From: Haliotis cracherodii
Lineage: Eukaryota
Direction: 5' to 3'
Assembly: GCF_022045235.1 (NCBI RefSeq)
Contig: NW_027266308.1
Location: 34,224,001-34,288,000 of the forward strand
DNA: 64,000 bases
Shown: positions 40,481-55,215 of the stretch, one piece after another
Position numbering within the stretch: position 1 is the stretch's first letter
Layout: every line of letters starts with the position of its first letter
The notes under the pieces: generated by a model
The model's input: the letters and a program-made list of their open reading frames with translations, nothing else
What the model was told of the DNA's origin: nothing
The model's database searches: none
Position numbers and translations under genes: made by a program

Positions 40481-41308
40481 GGCATATTCAGATATCACTT
40501 GACACCAAACAACATATGTTCACAACCAGGTGAGGGCATATTCAGATATCACTTGACACCAAACAACATATTTTCACAACCCAGCGAAGGCATATTCAGA
40601 TATCACTTGACACCAAACAACAAATGTTCACAACCCAGTGAGGGCATTTTCAGATATCACTTGGAACAAAACAACATATGTTCACAACCAAGTGAGGGCA
40701 TATTCAGATATCACTTGGCACCAAACAACAGATGCTCACAACCAAATGAAGGTATAATCAGATATCACTTGGCACCAAACAACATATGCTCACAACCCAA
40801 TGAAGGCATACTCAGATATCATTTGGCACCAAACAACATATGCTCACAACCCAATGAAGGTATATTCAGATATCACTTGGCGCCAAACAACAGATGCTCA
40901 CAACCCAGTGAAGGCATACTCAGATATCACTTTACGCCAAACAACAGATGCTCACAACCCAATGGAGGTATATTCAGATATCATTTGGCGCCAAACAACA
41001 TATGCTGACAACCCAGTGAAGGCATACTCAGATATCACTTTACGCCAAACAACAGATGCTCACAACTCAATGGAGGTATATTCAGATATCACTTGGCGCC
41101 AAACAGCAGATGCTCACAACCCAGTGAAGGCATACTCAGATATCACTTTACGCCAAACAACAGATGCTCACAACCCAATGGAGGTATATTCAGATATCAC
41201 TTGGCGCCAAACAACAGATGCTCACAACCCAGTGAAGGCATACTCAGATATCACTTGGCGCCAAACAACAGATGTTCACAAAGCAGTGAAGGCATATTCA
41301 GATATCAC
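40481..41308. repeat. 54-bp minisatellite (ggcatattcagatatcacttggcgccaaacaacagatgctcacaacccagtgaa), ~15 copies
   Basis: Tandem periodicity; the right part alternates two variants as a 108-bp dimer. Confidence 0.95.
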
Positions 41309-42999
41309 AGGACATCATCCTGTGTGTTGGTCCAAGAGGACACCATGTATCAGTAAAGTATCTGTGTGTCCTGTTTGCATATGTATTCGTGTGCTGTATG
41401 TGGGCACTGAATCTGACACACGTCGACTCTAGCGAGCGGGTTTCTCCAATCTGGGATCTATTACTCCCCTTGAGGCACCCCCTTCACATAGAACAATCAT
41501 GTGCGCTGAAAGTAAAATACCTTGTGTCAAAAGTTGTGTAAACGAATTTAGGTTCCTGTAAATATGTTACATGGGTAGGAGTGTGGGTGGTTTACTTTCT
41601 CCTCAGGTTCTCAGGCCGACATATGGCCGCATATGTTCCCCCAGCACCAGCTTGATGCACGTGGGCAACAGACGACGCGAAGCTGTTCAACTGTTCCAAA
41701 CATTTATCCGTTCAAAGCCAAAACTGCTTTGGGTGGGCAACTGGTCGACTGGCTGTGCCTTCACCACAATATGCGAATGTGGTAGTTCTCATCAAGAGGA
41801 CGAGCAACTACCTCTATGAGAACGGGGGATAGTTTGAGAATGCTCATGTTTTGCCAGAAACGCTGAGTTTACAATATGATGTGACCTAGACCGCCACATC
41901 CCCAATAGAGCCTGAGAAACGTGGGTGTTTGGCCGCCTCTCTGCTCCTAGATCACTGAACTCAAAGCAAAGTTCGTACTGGACAATTTACAAACTGTTCA
42001 TCCATATGCCCGTCATTTAGTGTTTCTTGTAGGATCTATTTGCTCTTCTGGAGTGCATGCTCCGATTCTGTAGCATCCCATGACGAGGGACACGGGAACA
42101 TACCACTAAATTTACAGGGGATTACCTTCAGTTGTCCAATTGTTCTACCTTAAAACAGAGTATCACAAATTTCAATTTCCACAGCTGATGTATGAATCAA
42201 AAATAAAATAGAGCAAAATTTTAAAGTTACTTGCATACGATATAGGTATTCTCGGCAAATTATCATAAACAATCATGTGAAATGCTTCACGACAATAGTC
42301 AAGTTTTATTCCCTGCATATAAATAGTTTCCTTCTGTGCCGATAACAAGAATAAAGCCCAGTATTCCAACAGACCTTTGTACCAGTTAGTATATGTATCT
42401 CAACGGCTTAACTGAGGAAAAAAATAAACTATGCCTCTCAATTGTTTTTCCCATGTAATTGATTTTCAATTCAAAATCTCTGAAGTAAGCGATATTATAA
42501 AAAAACGGTACTGGTACTTAGTCAGCACTCAAAGTATACTTCTACATCGTTTCATTTAAAAAAAATATGTAATTAAAATTATTAAAACTTTAATTTTCTT
42601 TTGACAACATGCTTAATACGAAACTGCAAAAAATCATGGTATGGGTCATGTTGTTGTAAATTCATTTCCTACCCCATTGAACCAATTTATTTTTACACAA
42701 ATTATTACCAAGCCACAGACTACCTCTTACAAACTGTTGCAAGAATGAGTGATGTTTAAATGGCCATAACAAAATGTAACAACAGTTCTTTCAATTTGCA
42801 ATTACATAAAGAAATTCGGTATACTTTCTTTTGCCCCTCAGTTTATGTCAGATTAACAACTAACACAAGTTTAGCACTAGCTACTATATTTATTTAAAAG
42901 AAGATTTTTAAAGCATGCATGCATCGCAATAAAGTAATGTCTTATCTTACAATGTAGACAAGGTTAATAGACGAATATGCCAAAAAACCGAGACTCTGT

Positions 43000-43530
43000 A
43001 CAAATGTTTATGCTATGTCTGGGACGGACTAGATGTGTGATAGCTAAATGCAACGTGCGACTAACTATGTGATTATTTCTATATTTTAGACTAACTATAT
43101 ATAATGTACAACTTAACATGCTTAAAATCGCCTTAAAATCACCAACTATTTTACTAATAACCATATGATACGTAGGGCCGAGTATACGCAGTGAACGATT
43201 AACATAGGTTATGCTATGCACGACTTCCCATATGTTAAGCGCTGGCCCTGTGATTCTATATATGCTAAGCGCGACAAGCTTCAACTTACAACAAGCGCGA
43301 CAACTTACGACATGCAATGTACGAATACATATATGCCATGTACGATTAACTGTACGCCACGTACAAAGAAAGTGCTATATACGACTTACTTAATGCAATG
43401 TAGGGTTAACTTAATGCCATGAACGGCTAATTGTATGCTAGATAAACCTAACTATATGTCATATATGGAAACGTTTATGCTATGTAAGACTAACTATATG
43501 CCACGTACGGTTAACTTTATGCTACGCTCG
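43000..43530. repeat. Highly degenerate ~20-bp tandem repeat (roughly actaactatatgccatgtacg)
   Basis: Recurrent taactatatg/tatgctatg motifs at ~20-bp spacing. Confidence 0.5.
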
Positions 43531-43679
43531 TATGTCCGTGGGGCTTCTTATGTGAACAGTATTCAATAAACAATTACCTCCTGACAGACAATTGTATGTT
43601 CTCCTGTTGCTATTGCTGTTAATGTTCATGATTTGCGTGTTGACGTCATTATTACACAACATGAAAAATGACGCGGAGG

Positions 43680-43935
43680 AGGCACGGGTGGGAACCAGAA
43701 TTTGCTGTGCAGAGTGGCGTCCCTTAGGCGTGTCAGAACTCTATGATGTTGGGTTCGATTCCCGGTTCGCACTATCTATGTTTTTTGGTTTGTCAGCCCC
43801 ACACCCATGTTTCACCAAAGCAGTAAAAGTCAAATCCGTGTATCACTTCGGGATTTCCTGCTACATTAAGCCGACACGCCGAAATATGTCTGTAATAGTG
43901 TGAAAACGGCATAAAACCCACATCACTCGCACACT
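43680..43935 (+). mobile_element. Old tRNA-derived SINE
   Basis: B box gggttcgattccc at ~43751; the 3' end aaaacggcataaaacccacatcactc resembles the tail of the 31654 SINE. Confidence 0.55.
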
Positions 43936-45804
43936 ATTGACTTAAAGAAAAGAGTTGATAATAAATCATTATGTGTAATGGAAAGAGTTATATATCTAGA
44001 TTATATCATACTATTACCATGCAAAAGTATGGATACATATATGAATCATTTCTTACTTGAAACAATAATTTACAAACTTCGTAAATTAAGCAGGGACTAT
44101 GGCATTTAACAGCATAAACCATCAACGCGGTCTGTTAATCATGGGTAGAGGCTTCGTCATCGTTCACAGCCAACTAGTCTTTCTGACAGACCCTCCAGCA
44201 CTTATTTCATCACCCCAATCCCAATTTCACCCCTTCTCAACTCGAATATAAGGTTTTTTATAGCATCATGTCATTAACCAGCTATATGTAGTTCGCTTTA
44301 TTTACTTTTAAGAAGTTTAACATCGTCATAAATAGTATTGTCAATACTTCAATTATTTTCTAAATTGTATGTATCACCAACATAATCTCCACGTCAACTA
44401 ATTCAATATAAAAACATGATTTGTCAACAGTTCACGATAATCAAATTACTAACGTATACGTTAAAAGCAACTTCACAATCACCCAAGCAAACAATAAATG
44501 TGGATGGAGACTTAGTACATTTTAATTTATGTTACATAAAAAATACAAGTAATATTTCTGCTTCAAAATTCTGTTATACTTTCCATAAAAGTTAAATTGT
44601 GTTGTAGATAACAAACAAAAGTATATATGTTCAGGCAACAATGCTAGAGTACACATGCAGTTGACGTTGGAATGACACAAGGCAATATGCATGACTTTCC
44701 AACTTTCCAACCTGTTCTGCTGCTGTATACTAGGGAGTAGATGCTTCCACAGACAGTTCCAACTTTTCCAGAAGCCGTGACACGAACACGTGTTTTTCAT
44801 TGCTGATTTCGAGCGGAAAAGACTTGATAACATTTGATAACTCAGATTAACCTTGTGTCCCGAGGCCAAAAAGATAAGATTGAATGAAATTCATACTGTT
44901 TATGGAGAATAAACGATTTCAAGATTTTGGAGTGCGTCTTACAAAGATGCGTCAATATATAAATTGATAAATTTCGATATAAATGTATATACCGCACATT
45001 CTTGTATTTTACATAAAACTGTATTGACAAGCTTTTTTAATGCGCTTTAATTAAGTGAGCTTTATTGCATGTTCGTGTAATCACCTGCTGTTATAGTTTA
45101 CATTTCACAGCTGAGTCGCACGTGCGGAACTATGTCAATTTCATGTCAACAGGATACGTTTGTTTATTTCTTTACCAAAACAATTCTCCGCTCGAGTGTC
45201 TGTCTCAGTATCAGCAGGTATTGGTAGTGTGTGGAGCCCGATTCAGCTTTCCTGTTAGAGCAGGAGCAAGACATGGCCCCAGAGTAAGGTCACATCCTGC
45301 AAGGCACTGGTGTCGGCGTGTTTCCTTTTGCTTACAGCACCATCTGCAAACAAACAAATACATTCTTAATTCAAGAACGCGAATTGACAAAGACAACAGG
45401 AAAAATACCATGTTTATTTGTTATGTAAGACAAATCGAGTTGTACCAAGAAAGAACAAAAAATAGCCTTTTCCCGATGATTTTATTTCAGGATTTTGTGT
45501 TGTTTCTGAAAACAACTCTGGTATCGTTGAATCTGGAGATGTTATTTCATAGCGACAGGTTAAGGACCAATTATCTTTTTAAACGTTAACATGTTTTCTA
45601 TAGTCAGTTTGTAGATATTGTGCTAGATAGGGGTGTTGAGACAACACAGACGGGTAGAAGATGCGTGTATCCAGTGCCAGCCGGAACAGGAAGTATACTA
45701 GGACTACCTTGCAAGTCTGCTTGAAACATCTCCTTACAAAATAGTCATGTCGTCGTCTGTCAGGGTCTGTCTGTGACGAAACAGCTCGAAGATTGGGAAC
45801 AGTT

Positions 45805-45935
45805 NNNNNNNNNNNNNNNNNNNNNNNNNNNNNNNNNNNNNNNNNNNNNNNNNNNNNNNNNNNNNNNNNNNNNNNNNNNNNNNNNNNNNNNNNNNNNNNN
45901 NNNNNNNNNNNNNNNNNNNNNNNNNNNNNNNNNNN
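45805..45935. other. Assembly gap (131 N)
   Basis: Run of N. Confidence 1.
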
Positions 45936-46140
45936 AGTAGTAGTCGTAGTCGTAGTCGTAGTAGTAGTAGTAAAATGTTTATTAAAGTGTCACACGCACG
46001 ACAATATCATGTACGCTATAAGATAATTATATGTACAATATAGCATTGATGCACATAAGACAAAAGGTGTGCGGAGTGCGTCCAGCCAGACACAGGCTTA
46101 TAAGACACAGTACACAATATATACATACATATAATGTAAG
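45936..46140 (-). mobile_element. Probable LINE 3' end
   Basis: Minus strand: ataagcc...ggct stem-like motif, AATAAA, then a (TAC)n tail running into the gap. Confidence 0.5.
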
Positions 46141-46789
46141 AGGTGGGAAATTTAGCTACGAACTCACAGGACTCACATGAAACAATAACAAACTCCGTGA
46201 TTCAACAACGAAAGAAAGAGAAAGGGTAGATAGAGAGTGATGTAATTTAATGATCAGGACCACAACAGTTATTTAATTTCCCTTTGAAATGAGATATGTG
46301 ATAATTGTAGTCGATAGTTGGTCATTTCAACGCAATCTATCCTGTAGTTGATTTTGCTGATGCGATTTTACCACTTTCAAATCAGGACTGCCCATCTTTA
46401 ATGCGTTTAGGTTTCAAATAATTAATATTGGTTATCCCTCGTTCAGAATCTTTGTGATAGCAATTGCTTGGCCAACATATATCTGTTACTTCACATATAA
46501 TATATAACATTGTAGCAACATGTCAACAGAAACATTAAGAGTGAAATTCAGACACAAGTACAACAATCAGCGGAGACGAAAATGGCGTGAAGAGAGTGCC
46601 ATCTCAACCTCCGCGCGTCTCAAACGAGCGGCCCATCTTACTCATGCAGGGTAGTCCGTAAAAAACTCCGTTTACACGAAGTTAATTTTTTTATTACTGT
46701 TACCAAAGTCAACAATAGACCAAAACATTCCATTAAGAAGATCTTACGTTTCCGGATTAAGCAAGTAATCATGACAACGATCTAGGGGC

Positions 46790-47690
46790 TTGGAAACAAA
46801 TGATTCACGACAATAGTCTATAGCTGTAGGAGTTTGGTAACAACTGATTCATGACAATGGTCTATAGCTGTAGGAGTTTGGTTACAAATGATTCATGACA
46901 ATGGTCTATAGCTGTAGGAGTTTGGTAACAACTGATTCATGACAATGGTCTATAGCTGTAGGAGTTTGGTTACAAATGATTCATGACAATGGTCTATAGC
47001 TGTAGGAGTTTGGTAACAACTGATTCATGACAATGGTCTATAGCTGTAGGAGTTTGATAACAACTGATTCATGACAATGGTCTATAGCTGTAGGAGTTTG
47101 GTAACAACTGATTCATGACAATGGTCTGTAGCTGTAGGAATTTGGTTACAGCTGATTCACGACAATAGTCTATAGCTGTAGGAGTTTGGTAACAACTGAT
47201 TCATGACAATGGTCTATAGCTGTAGGAGTTTGGTTACAACTGATTCAAGACAATGGTCTATAGCTGTAGGAGTTTGGTAACAAATGATTCATGACAATGG
47301 TCTATAGCTGTAGGAGTTTGGTAACAACTGATTCATGACAATGGTCTATAGCTGTAGGAGTTTGGTAACAACTGATTTATGACATTGGTCTATAACTGTA
47401 GGGTTTTGGTGACAACTGATTCATGAAATTGGTCTATAGCTACAGGAGTTTGGGAACAACTGATTCATGACATTGGTCTATAGCTGTAAAGTTTAGTGAC
47501 AACTGATTCATGAAATTGGTCTATAGCTACATGAGTTTGGGAACAACTGATTCATGACAATGGTCTACAGCTGTGAGGTTTGGTGACAACTGATTCACGA
47601 CAATGGTCTACAGCTGTAGGGTCTTAGTAACAACTGATTCATATCAATGGTTCTAATGCAACTGTAGGGTTTTGGTGACAAAAGACTGAT
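46790..47690. repeat. 44-bp minisatellite (caactgattcatgacaatggtctatagctgtaggagtttggtaa), ~20 copies
   Basis: Tandem periodicity, degenerating rightwards. Confidence 0.95.
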
Positions 47691-48329
47691 GTGACAATAG
47701 TCCTGATATAGCCCTAGGGTTCAGTTACAATCAGGAAGAGGGGTAGAAGGTCATGTAATCGAAACACAATATACGATGCAAATGCATTTTATAGTTTAAA
47801 ATAAGCAGACAAAGAGGTGTATATATGACGCTGTGGTAATGCATCTTGGCATTCCTGGTTTCCTTGAAAAGGGTTAAACTATATTTGAGAGTCTAAAACG
47901 ACAGTAGTTGAATGCGGATCATGATGCCTTGGTCAATCCTTGTACCGCTCTCTAAGACGTTTTCGAAATGAAGATTTTTAAACTGTTGAGCTTCTTATAT
48001 ATTTTCATCAAAACGACTAAAACAAAATATCAACGAACAAACTAACAATGGTATGAACATGTATGTAAAGTTTGATATTTTTCGGCATTTGATAGATAAC
48101 GAAAAATATTATTCAAAGGAAATGTAAACACATGATCAAAGTGAAAAGGTCAACTGAATCTTAATATTCACCGTATGGCAACAAATTGTTTGATGTATTT
48201 GTTGTTTAACACCATACAGTAATATTCCAACTAGAAGACAGCAGACTGTAAATAATCGAGCCTGGACAAAACAATTAATTCAGTGAGCACTGATCCGCGC
48301 AATAAGGTCACGTACCCTGACCCCCCGAT

Positions 48330-49400
48330 CTGTTTAGTAAATAAAACAGACAAAATCATTTTCATAATCAAATGAAATCTCTGCTAAAAGCATATGCATA
48401 TGGTTATGAATATAGACTTGATACTAGGTGTTCGCGAAAAGGCGAGCGTATCCATCCCTACCGCGGACACCCGACAAAGACACATACAAAGTCAAGTCAA
48501 TTGTTTACCTGAAAAGAACAACAACCCAAACCAAACAAACATGTGGTACAAGTCAAATTAGGTAATTGCATCAGACTTCACTTATGTCACTGATGCGCCA
48601 AAATTGCAAATGTCCTCCACGTCTATCATAAAACGTTATGAAAACGTTACTGAGGCCTTGAATGTTGTAACCTTGATCAAACAACTTTTGAGCAAGAGTC
48701 ATATGACGCTCTTTGAAATCTTGGTAGAAAGAGCTAGGAATTACGATTTCCCTTAAATTTGTCGTGTGGGACAGTGAAGTGCAAAGTTGAAAAAAATCAA
48801 ATGTTTTAAAATAATTGCACTTGGTTCTTTTCTGGGGATTGTCAGTTAGGTTCAACTACAAACTTTTCATGTAGGGCAGCCAGACTTTGGATGGTAGCTG
48901 GCTGGGACAGACTGGATTTATTCCAAACCCGTTTCCTCTTTTTCAATTTATTCATTCTACCGATGTCTGAAAGACATTCCACAGGTCCCGCTTCTCTTTT
49001 GGCCGATTTTGTGACATATTCATCGACAATATCCATAATGAATTTAAGGTTGTGATTCCAATTGATTGGTTGCTGCTAACTATATTTTGGTCCATATTTG
49101 AATAGCTGACGAAAGTTGTTATTGTCAACACTAGTGAAGTCACCTGTGATTATATGGGTAGCAGAAGAATGAGTGTTGGCAGTCACAAGTAGTGGAATGT
49201 ACATCATGAGCTGCCAAGTCCACGTTCTAAAACACGTTCCCATAATTGAACAACTTGGATGAAATGGTGTTCGTATAGGAAAACGAAGCTGTTCAGCTGT
49301 GAAGTCGAAATTTCAAACACTGGACATTTGGGTAAACTGATCTATGTCTGAGTATGTATTTAAGGCATCATTCCCATGTTGGCAAATTACAAATTCAGGA
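48330..49400 (-). mobile_element. Degraded Naiad-type Penelope-like retroelement (CxC linker plus internally deleted RT plus 3'UTR)
   Basis: Minus-strand fragments TTCDCQHSFFCY / HIITGDFTSVDNNNFRQLFKYGPKY, IQSLAALHEKFVVEP, KTFDF and QDFKERHMTLAQKLFDQGYNIQGL; the ORF ends after RT with no C-terminal GIY-YIG. A CxC linker before a C-terminal RT is the Naiad architecture. Confidence 0.8.
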
Positions 49401-49811
49401 ACATGCGGTCTGTTTAGTGGAAATGCAATTTATATGTTGAAGTCTATACTACCCTGAAAATATATGTTCATTTTCTAAATATATGGCGAGGAATGGGCAT
49501 GAGTGAATCTTTTTGTTTAAACTGGCGGCCATGTTGACAATCGGATTGGAACCTATTAAAGACATCTAGCCAGAAAACGCGTGTTTGTAAACGACAGTTA
49601 TAGTATTGTTAGATTCAATTGTCAAGATATGCACCGCATGTTGTAAAGACCGGTCCCACCCTTCGTCAAGTTAACAAACGACAAACAAGGTTCGTCGAGT
49701 TAAGACACATATCCGTTCATAATATATCAGATGATATACTTTCTGTATTAGGGTCGTTTGGAACAATTGATTTATTTAATTTGTTGTAATGGTTGCGAGT
49801 GAATGGTTACA

Positions 49812-50400
49812 TTAGTAATCATAATGTGTACACCGTCACACGGCTACAACAAACTTGCAATGTCTTATGGCTACATTCCGTAGGAGTAATCCTGAAGTGC
49901 ACACACCGTCACACGGCTACAACAAACTCGCAATGTGTTATGGCTTCATTGTGTAGGAGTAATCATGAAGTGCACACACCGTCACACGGCTACAACAAAC
50001 TCGCAATGTCTTATGGCTACATTGTGTAGGAGTAATCATGAAATGCGCACACCGTCACACGGCTACAACAAACTCGCAATGTATCATGGCTACATTGTAT
50101 AGGAGTAATCATGAAGTGCACACACCGTCACACGGCTACAACAAACTCGCAATGTGTTATGGCTACATTGTATAGGAGTAATCATGAGGTGCACACACCG
50201 TCACGCGGCTTGAGCAAACTCGCAATGTATCATGGGTACATTGAGTAGGAGTAATCATGAAGTGCACACACCGTCACGCGGCTTGAGCAAACTCGCAATG
50301 TATCATGGGTACATCTTGTAGGAGTAATCATGAAGTGCACACACCGTCACACGGCTACAACAAACTCGCAATGTGTTATGGCTACATTGTGTAGGAGTGA
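49812..50400. repeat. 73-bp minisatellite (aggagtaatcatgaagtgcacacaccgtcacacggctacaacaaactcgcaatgtgttatggctacattgtgt), ~8 copies
   Basis: Tandem periodicity. Confidence 0.95.
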
Positions 50401-51369
50401 TCCCGATGTGTATACTGTGACACGGCCAGGACACTCGCACAGAGCTCTCGTTCTCGCACCAAGCGTCTTTGAAGATGGAGAGAGTGGACCACCCGTTAAG
50501 AAATAATGGATGCTCCGCAAGCACTCTGCTCTTTGCTTGCTTGAGTACGGAAATTCGACAGGAAGAACTCGACAGATCCAAATGGATTTCCAACGACTGT
50601 AAACAATCGCACAAACGCAAGATAAACTGTTTACATCGGATGAGTTAGAAATTATTGGAAATGTTTGGAGTGGTTATTACGAAACTAATAGCCCAGTCTC
50701 CCAACTTTTCATGTACAGGCAGTGTTTGTTTTATAACAAATGATCGCCCCATCGTTTACAATCCAAGTGGAGTTGTTCTTCCAGCTGCTTGCCAAAACAT
50801 AAATCTGCTATAAACATTCGGTCAGCATATCTAGTTATCGACGCTATCTCTCTTCCGTCTATATACACGACAGCTCCAGACCGCCCCGCCGCCACATGGG
50901 CCTATTACAATAGGTACAATCTCACCATCTCAAGTCCTTATGCATGTAGAAGTAATCAGTCCATATATGGTGGTAGCTCTCATCATCCTCTCTCTCTCTT
51001 GACAAATTCATTACTATGAGAAACGACCATGTACTATTGTGGGGATGTGTAGGCTGTGTCATGTGTTAGAGAAAGAATATTGTATAAGTGACTTGACAGG
51101 AGCCAAGACAGAGTTTGTCTCACAACTCAGGATGTCTTTGCAGGACATCCAGTGAACAAAGTTGATGGTCTGGGTGTAAACCTGTGTCAGTACTCGCACA
51201 TTCAGGCCAGTAACGAAATAGCCAAGTTATCCTAGTCATATGATGCTAGTCATCCACGACACATCAGGAGTGTCATTTGTCAACTGTTCGTCCAGTGTTC
51301 GATGACAATTGATTCCACAAAACACACACGTGCATCGAAATATGCTCTTTGCTGTGCCATTTACTGTTC

Positions 51370-52410
51370 TTTGATACGTTATTGGTGATCTTTGATAAGT
51401 CATTTAATGACCCTTTATACCTCATTCAATAGTCTTTGATATTTCATTTAATGACCCTTTATACCTCATTCAATAGTCTTTGATATTTCATTCAATGGAC
51501 TTTGATGCTTTATTCAATGGTCTTTGATACGTCATTTAGTGGTCCTTGATGCGTCATTTAGTGTTACTTGATACATCATTTAGTGGTCTCTGATATAGCA
51601 TTCCGTGGTACTTGATACGTCATTCAGTGGTACTTGATACGTCAATATCGTCGTCTTTGATACGTCATTTGTGGTCTTTGATACATCATTCAATGTTCTT
51701 CGATACATCATTAGTGGTCGTTGATACATCATTTAGTCTCCTTTGCTACATCACTAATCGTCTTTACGTTATTTAGTGGTTTTTGATATATCATTCAATG
51801 TATTTTGATACGTTATTCGATGGTCTTTGATACGTCATTTAGTGGTTTTTGATATATCATTCAATGTATTTTGATACGTTATTCGATGGTCTTTGATACG
51901 TCATTTAGTGGTCTTCAATATATCATTCAATGGTACTTGATACGTCATTTAGGGGTCTATGATACGTCATTTAGTGGTCTATGATCCGTCATTTAGTGGT
52001 CTTTGATACGCCATTAATGGTCTTTGATGCGTCATTTAGTGGTCTTTGATACATTATTTAGAGGTACTTGATACGTCATTTAATGGTCTTTGATACGTCA
52101 TTAATGGTCGTTGATACATGATTCAGTGGTACTTGATACGCCATTAAGTGGTCTTTGATACGTTATTCAATGGTCTTTGACACGTCATTAGTGGTCTGTG
52201 ATATACATGATTCAGTGGTACTCGATACGTCATTAAGTGGTCTTTGATACATCATTTAGTGGTCTTTGATGCGTTATTCAATGGTCTTTGGCACGTCATT
52301 TGTGGTCGTTGATACATGGTTCAGTGGTACGTGATACGTCATTAAGTGGTCTTTGATACGTTATTCAATGGTCTATGATACGGTATTCAATGGTCTTTGT
52401 GATACATCAT
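51370..52410. repeat. 22-bp degenerate minisatellite (ctttgatacgtcatttagtggt), ~45 copies
   Basis: Tandem periodicity with many variants. Confidence 0.92.
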
Positions 52411-53689
52411 ATGTGTGCGGTCCCGTCACAGTGTACACTCAAATAGAGTAGAACAACTCAGTCCCGTCACAGTGTACACTAGAATTGGGTAGAGCACTTG
52501 TAAGTAAAGTCCCGTCAATATCAAAGTGTTTAGTATTTATATTTCAGGGTAGGAGAGTCATCAGTACCAAGTTTCTTGTAGGTGTCGTCTTAATGTGTGA
52601 ACTTGGAGCCATTGTACTTCCGACAGCTTGGGCAGCACTGGTTTGTCTCATCCAGATGCTTTACAGACTGCTCTTGTGAAGCTAGAATATGGTTGACTGT
52701 GGTGTAGGAACGCCAACACCTAGCAATTCCCTCTTCTTCGCTGTGGGGATTACGGGTTAGAATTGGTCCCTGGGTCTACCTATGCGTGTCGTACATGGAA
52801 GTGGCAACTAAATGGATCGGTTGGCCTCGCTCGGTGACGTAGCGTCTTACCATAACCCGATGTAATCACTGGTTTGTCTGGTCCATTTGTCTCGAGCATT
52901 TACAGGCTTCCCTTATATACCTGGAGCGTGGCGTTAAACAACACATACACTTATCTTACTAGAGACGAATATAGCGTCAGTGTAGAAATGTAGCTATCTG
53001 TATAAGAGTAAGGCTATGCCACAAATAAAAGCGTGTGTCCTTGTCATACCCGTTGTACGCTGTTGGGCTACTGGAAAAAGTATTACATTGTAAATACACA
53101 TTGAGTAGTCAATTAAAAGCAACAAAGTACGATATGTTATAACATAGATTGCAATCAGAAGAGAAATGTTTAACTGTGACCTCACAACAAGCAGACACGA
53201 TGCTTATCTCTCAACAATATGTATATTTCATACAAGCGTTGTATATATCAGACAAATGTCACAGCCATCAGTGCGAGCGTGTGTGTGCTGTAGTCACCCA
53301 GTAGGAATAAACACAGAACGGATCTGGGAGAGACGAGACTGGAAGCCGCATTCTCCATGCTTTAATTAGCCGCGCGCCGCTCACTACAGCTGCCGAGAGG
53401 GGACGTTATCATCTACTTACAAAATAAATAATCAAAGAGCGGCAGTCATTTTAAAATTGTTGTACATTTCACAGTGGTGCCTCGCGTGATAACTTGACAG
53501 TTGCACGAGCAAACGGCAGGCAGCAAATTGTCAGTTCTTTTCAAAGTCTTACGTTGTTAACTCCACATAGTTTGGACATCATTATATAAACAAGTCTTTT
53601 TACTCTCTCACCAGTGTTTCCGTTTAAATGAAGATAACGTCAGCAGGGAAAGGGAAATGTAAGCTGAGGCAGGCTATGGCGACCTTGTC

Positions 53690-55180
53690 ACAGACACAGC
53701 AAACAAATACACGTGTCTGTCACAGACACAGCCAACACATACACGAGCTTGTCAAACACACAGGCAACGCACACACGAGTGTGTCATATACACTGGCAAT
53801 ACATTCACGATTGTGTCATATACACTGGCAATACATTCACGATTGTGTCATATACACTGGCAACACCTAAACAATTGTGTCATATACAGTGGCAGCACAT
53901 ACACGATTGTGTCATATACAGTGGCAATACATACACGATTGTGTCATATACACTGGCAATACATACACGATTGTGTCATATACACTGGCAATACATTCAC
54001 GATTTTGTCATATACACTGGCAATACATACACGATTGTGTCATATACATTGGCAATACATACACGATTGTGTCATATACACTGGCAATACATACACGATT
54101 TGTCATATACATTGGCAATACAAAGGCGATTTTGTCATATAACACTGGTAATACATACACGATTGTGTCATATACATTGGCAATACATACACGATTGTGT
54201 CATATACACTGGCAATACATACACGATTATGTCATATACATTGGCATCACAAAGGCGATTTTGTCATATAACACTGGCAATACATAAACGATTGTGTCAT
54301 ATACACTGGCAATACATACACGATTGTGTCATATACACTGGCAATACATACACGATTGTGTCATATACACTGGCAATACATACACGATTGTGTCATATAC
54401 GTTGGCAATACATACACGATTGTGTCATATACACTGGCAATAAATACACGATTGTGTCATATACACTGGCAATACATACACGATTGTGCCATATACACTG
54501 GCAACACAAAGGCGATTTTGTCATATAACACTGGAAACACATACATGATTTTGTGATGTACACTGGCAACACATAAACAGTTGTGTCATATACAGTGGCA
54601 GCACATACACGATTGTGTCATATACAGTGGCAACACATACACGATTGTGTCATACACATTGGTGACACATACACAATTGTGTCACACACAGGCAACGCAT
54701 ACACGATTGTGTCATATACACTGGTAACACATACACGATTGTGTCATATTCACTGGCAATACATGCACGTTGTGTCATACACACTGGCAACACATACACA
54801 ATTTCGTCACACACAGACAAAACATACACGATTGTGTCATACACACTGGCAACAATTACACGAGTGTGTCACAGACTATGCAAACATGTGCATGTGTTTG
54901 TGTCAAATACACAGGCTAGATATGTGTGTGTCACAGACATGTGAAACAAATACAGGTGTGCGTCACTTACAATGGCAACAAATACACGTGGGTCACAGAC
55001 ACTAGCAACATATACACGTGTGCGTCACAGACACTAGCAAGATATAAACATGTGTCACAGACACTAGGAACATATACACTTGTGTCACACACACTAGCAA
55101 CATACACACGTGTGTGTCACACACACTAGCAACACATACACGTGCGTGTCACAGACACTAGCAAGATATACACATGTGCG
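53690..55180. repeat. 32-bp minisatellite (cacgattgtgtcatatacactggcaatacata), ~45 copies
   Basis: Homogeneous core at ~53780-54500 with degenerate flanks. Confidence 0.94.
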
Positions 55181-55215
55181 TTACATTTTTCATATATGTT
55201 CATAAATCTCCAAAA

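Noticed and set aside
40385-41432. 207/210-aa ORFs with 18-aa repeats (GIFRYHLAPNNRCSQPSE)
   Set aside because: The unit length is a multiple of 3, so overlapping frames stay open; there is an internal stop at 41008, no ATG start and no recognised domain.
41570-42100. Possible tyrosine-recombinase (CPVRTL) or Kolobok-associated (RRLLPTC...YVGL) remnant on the minus strand
   Set aside because: The motifs are short, in inconsistent frames and mutually exclusive; a blastx/HMM search is needed.
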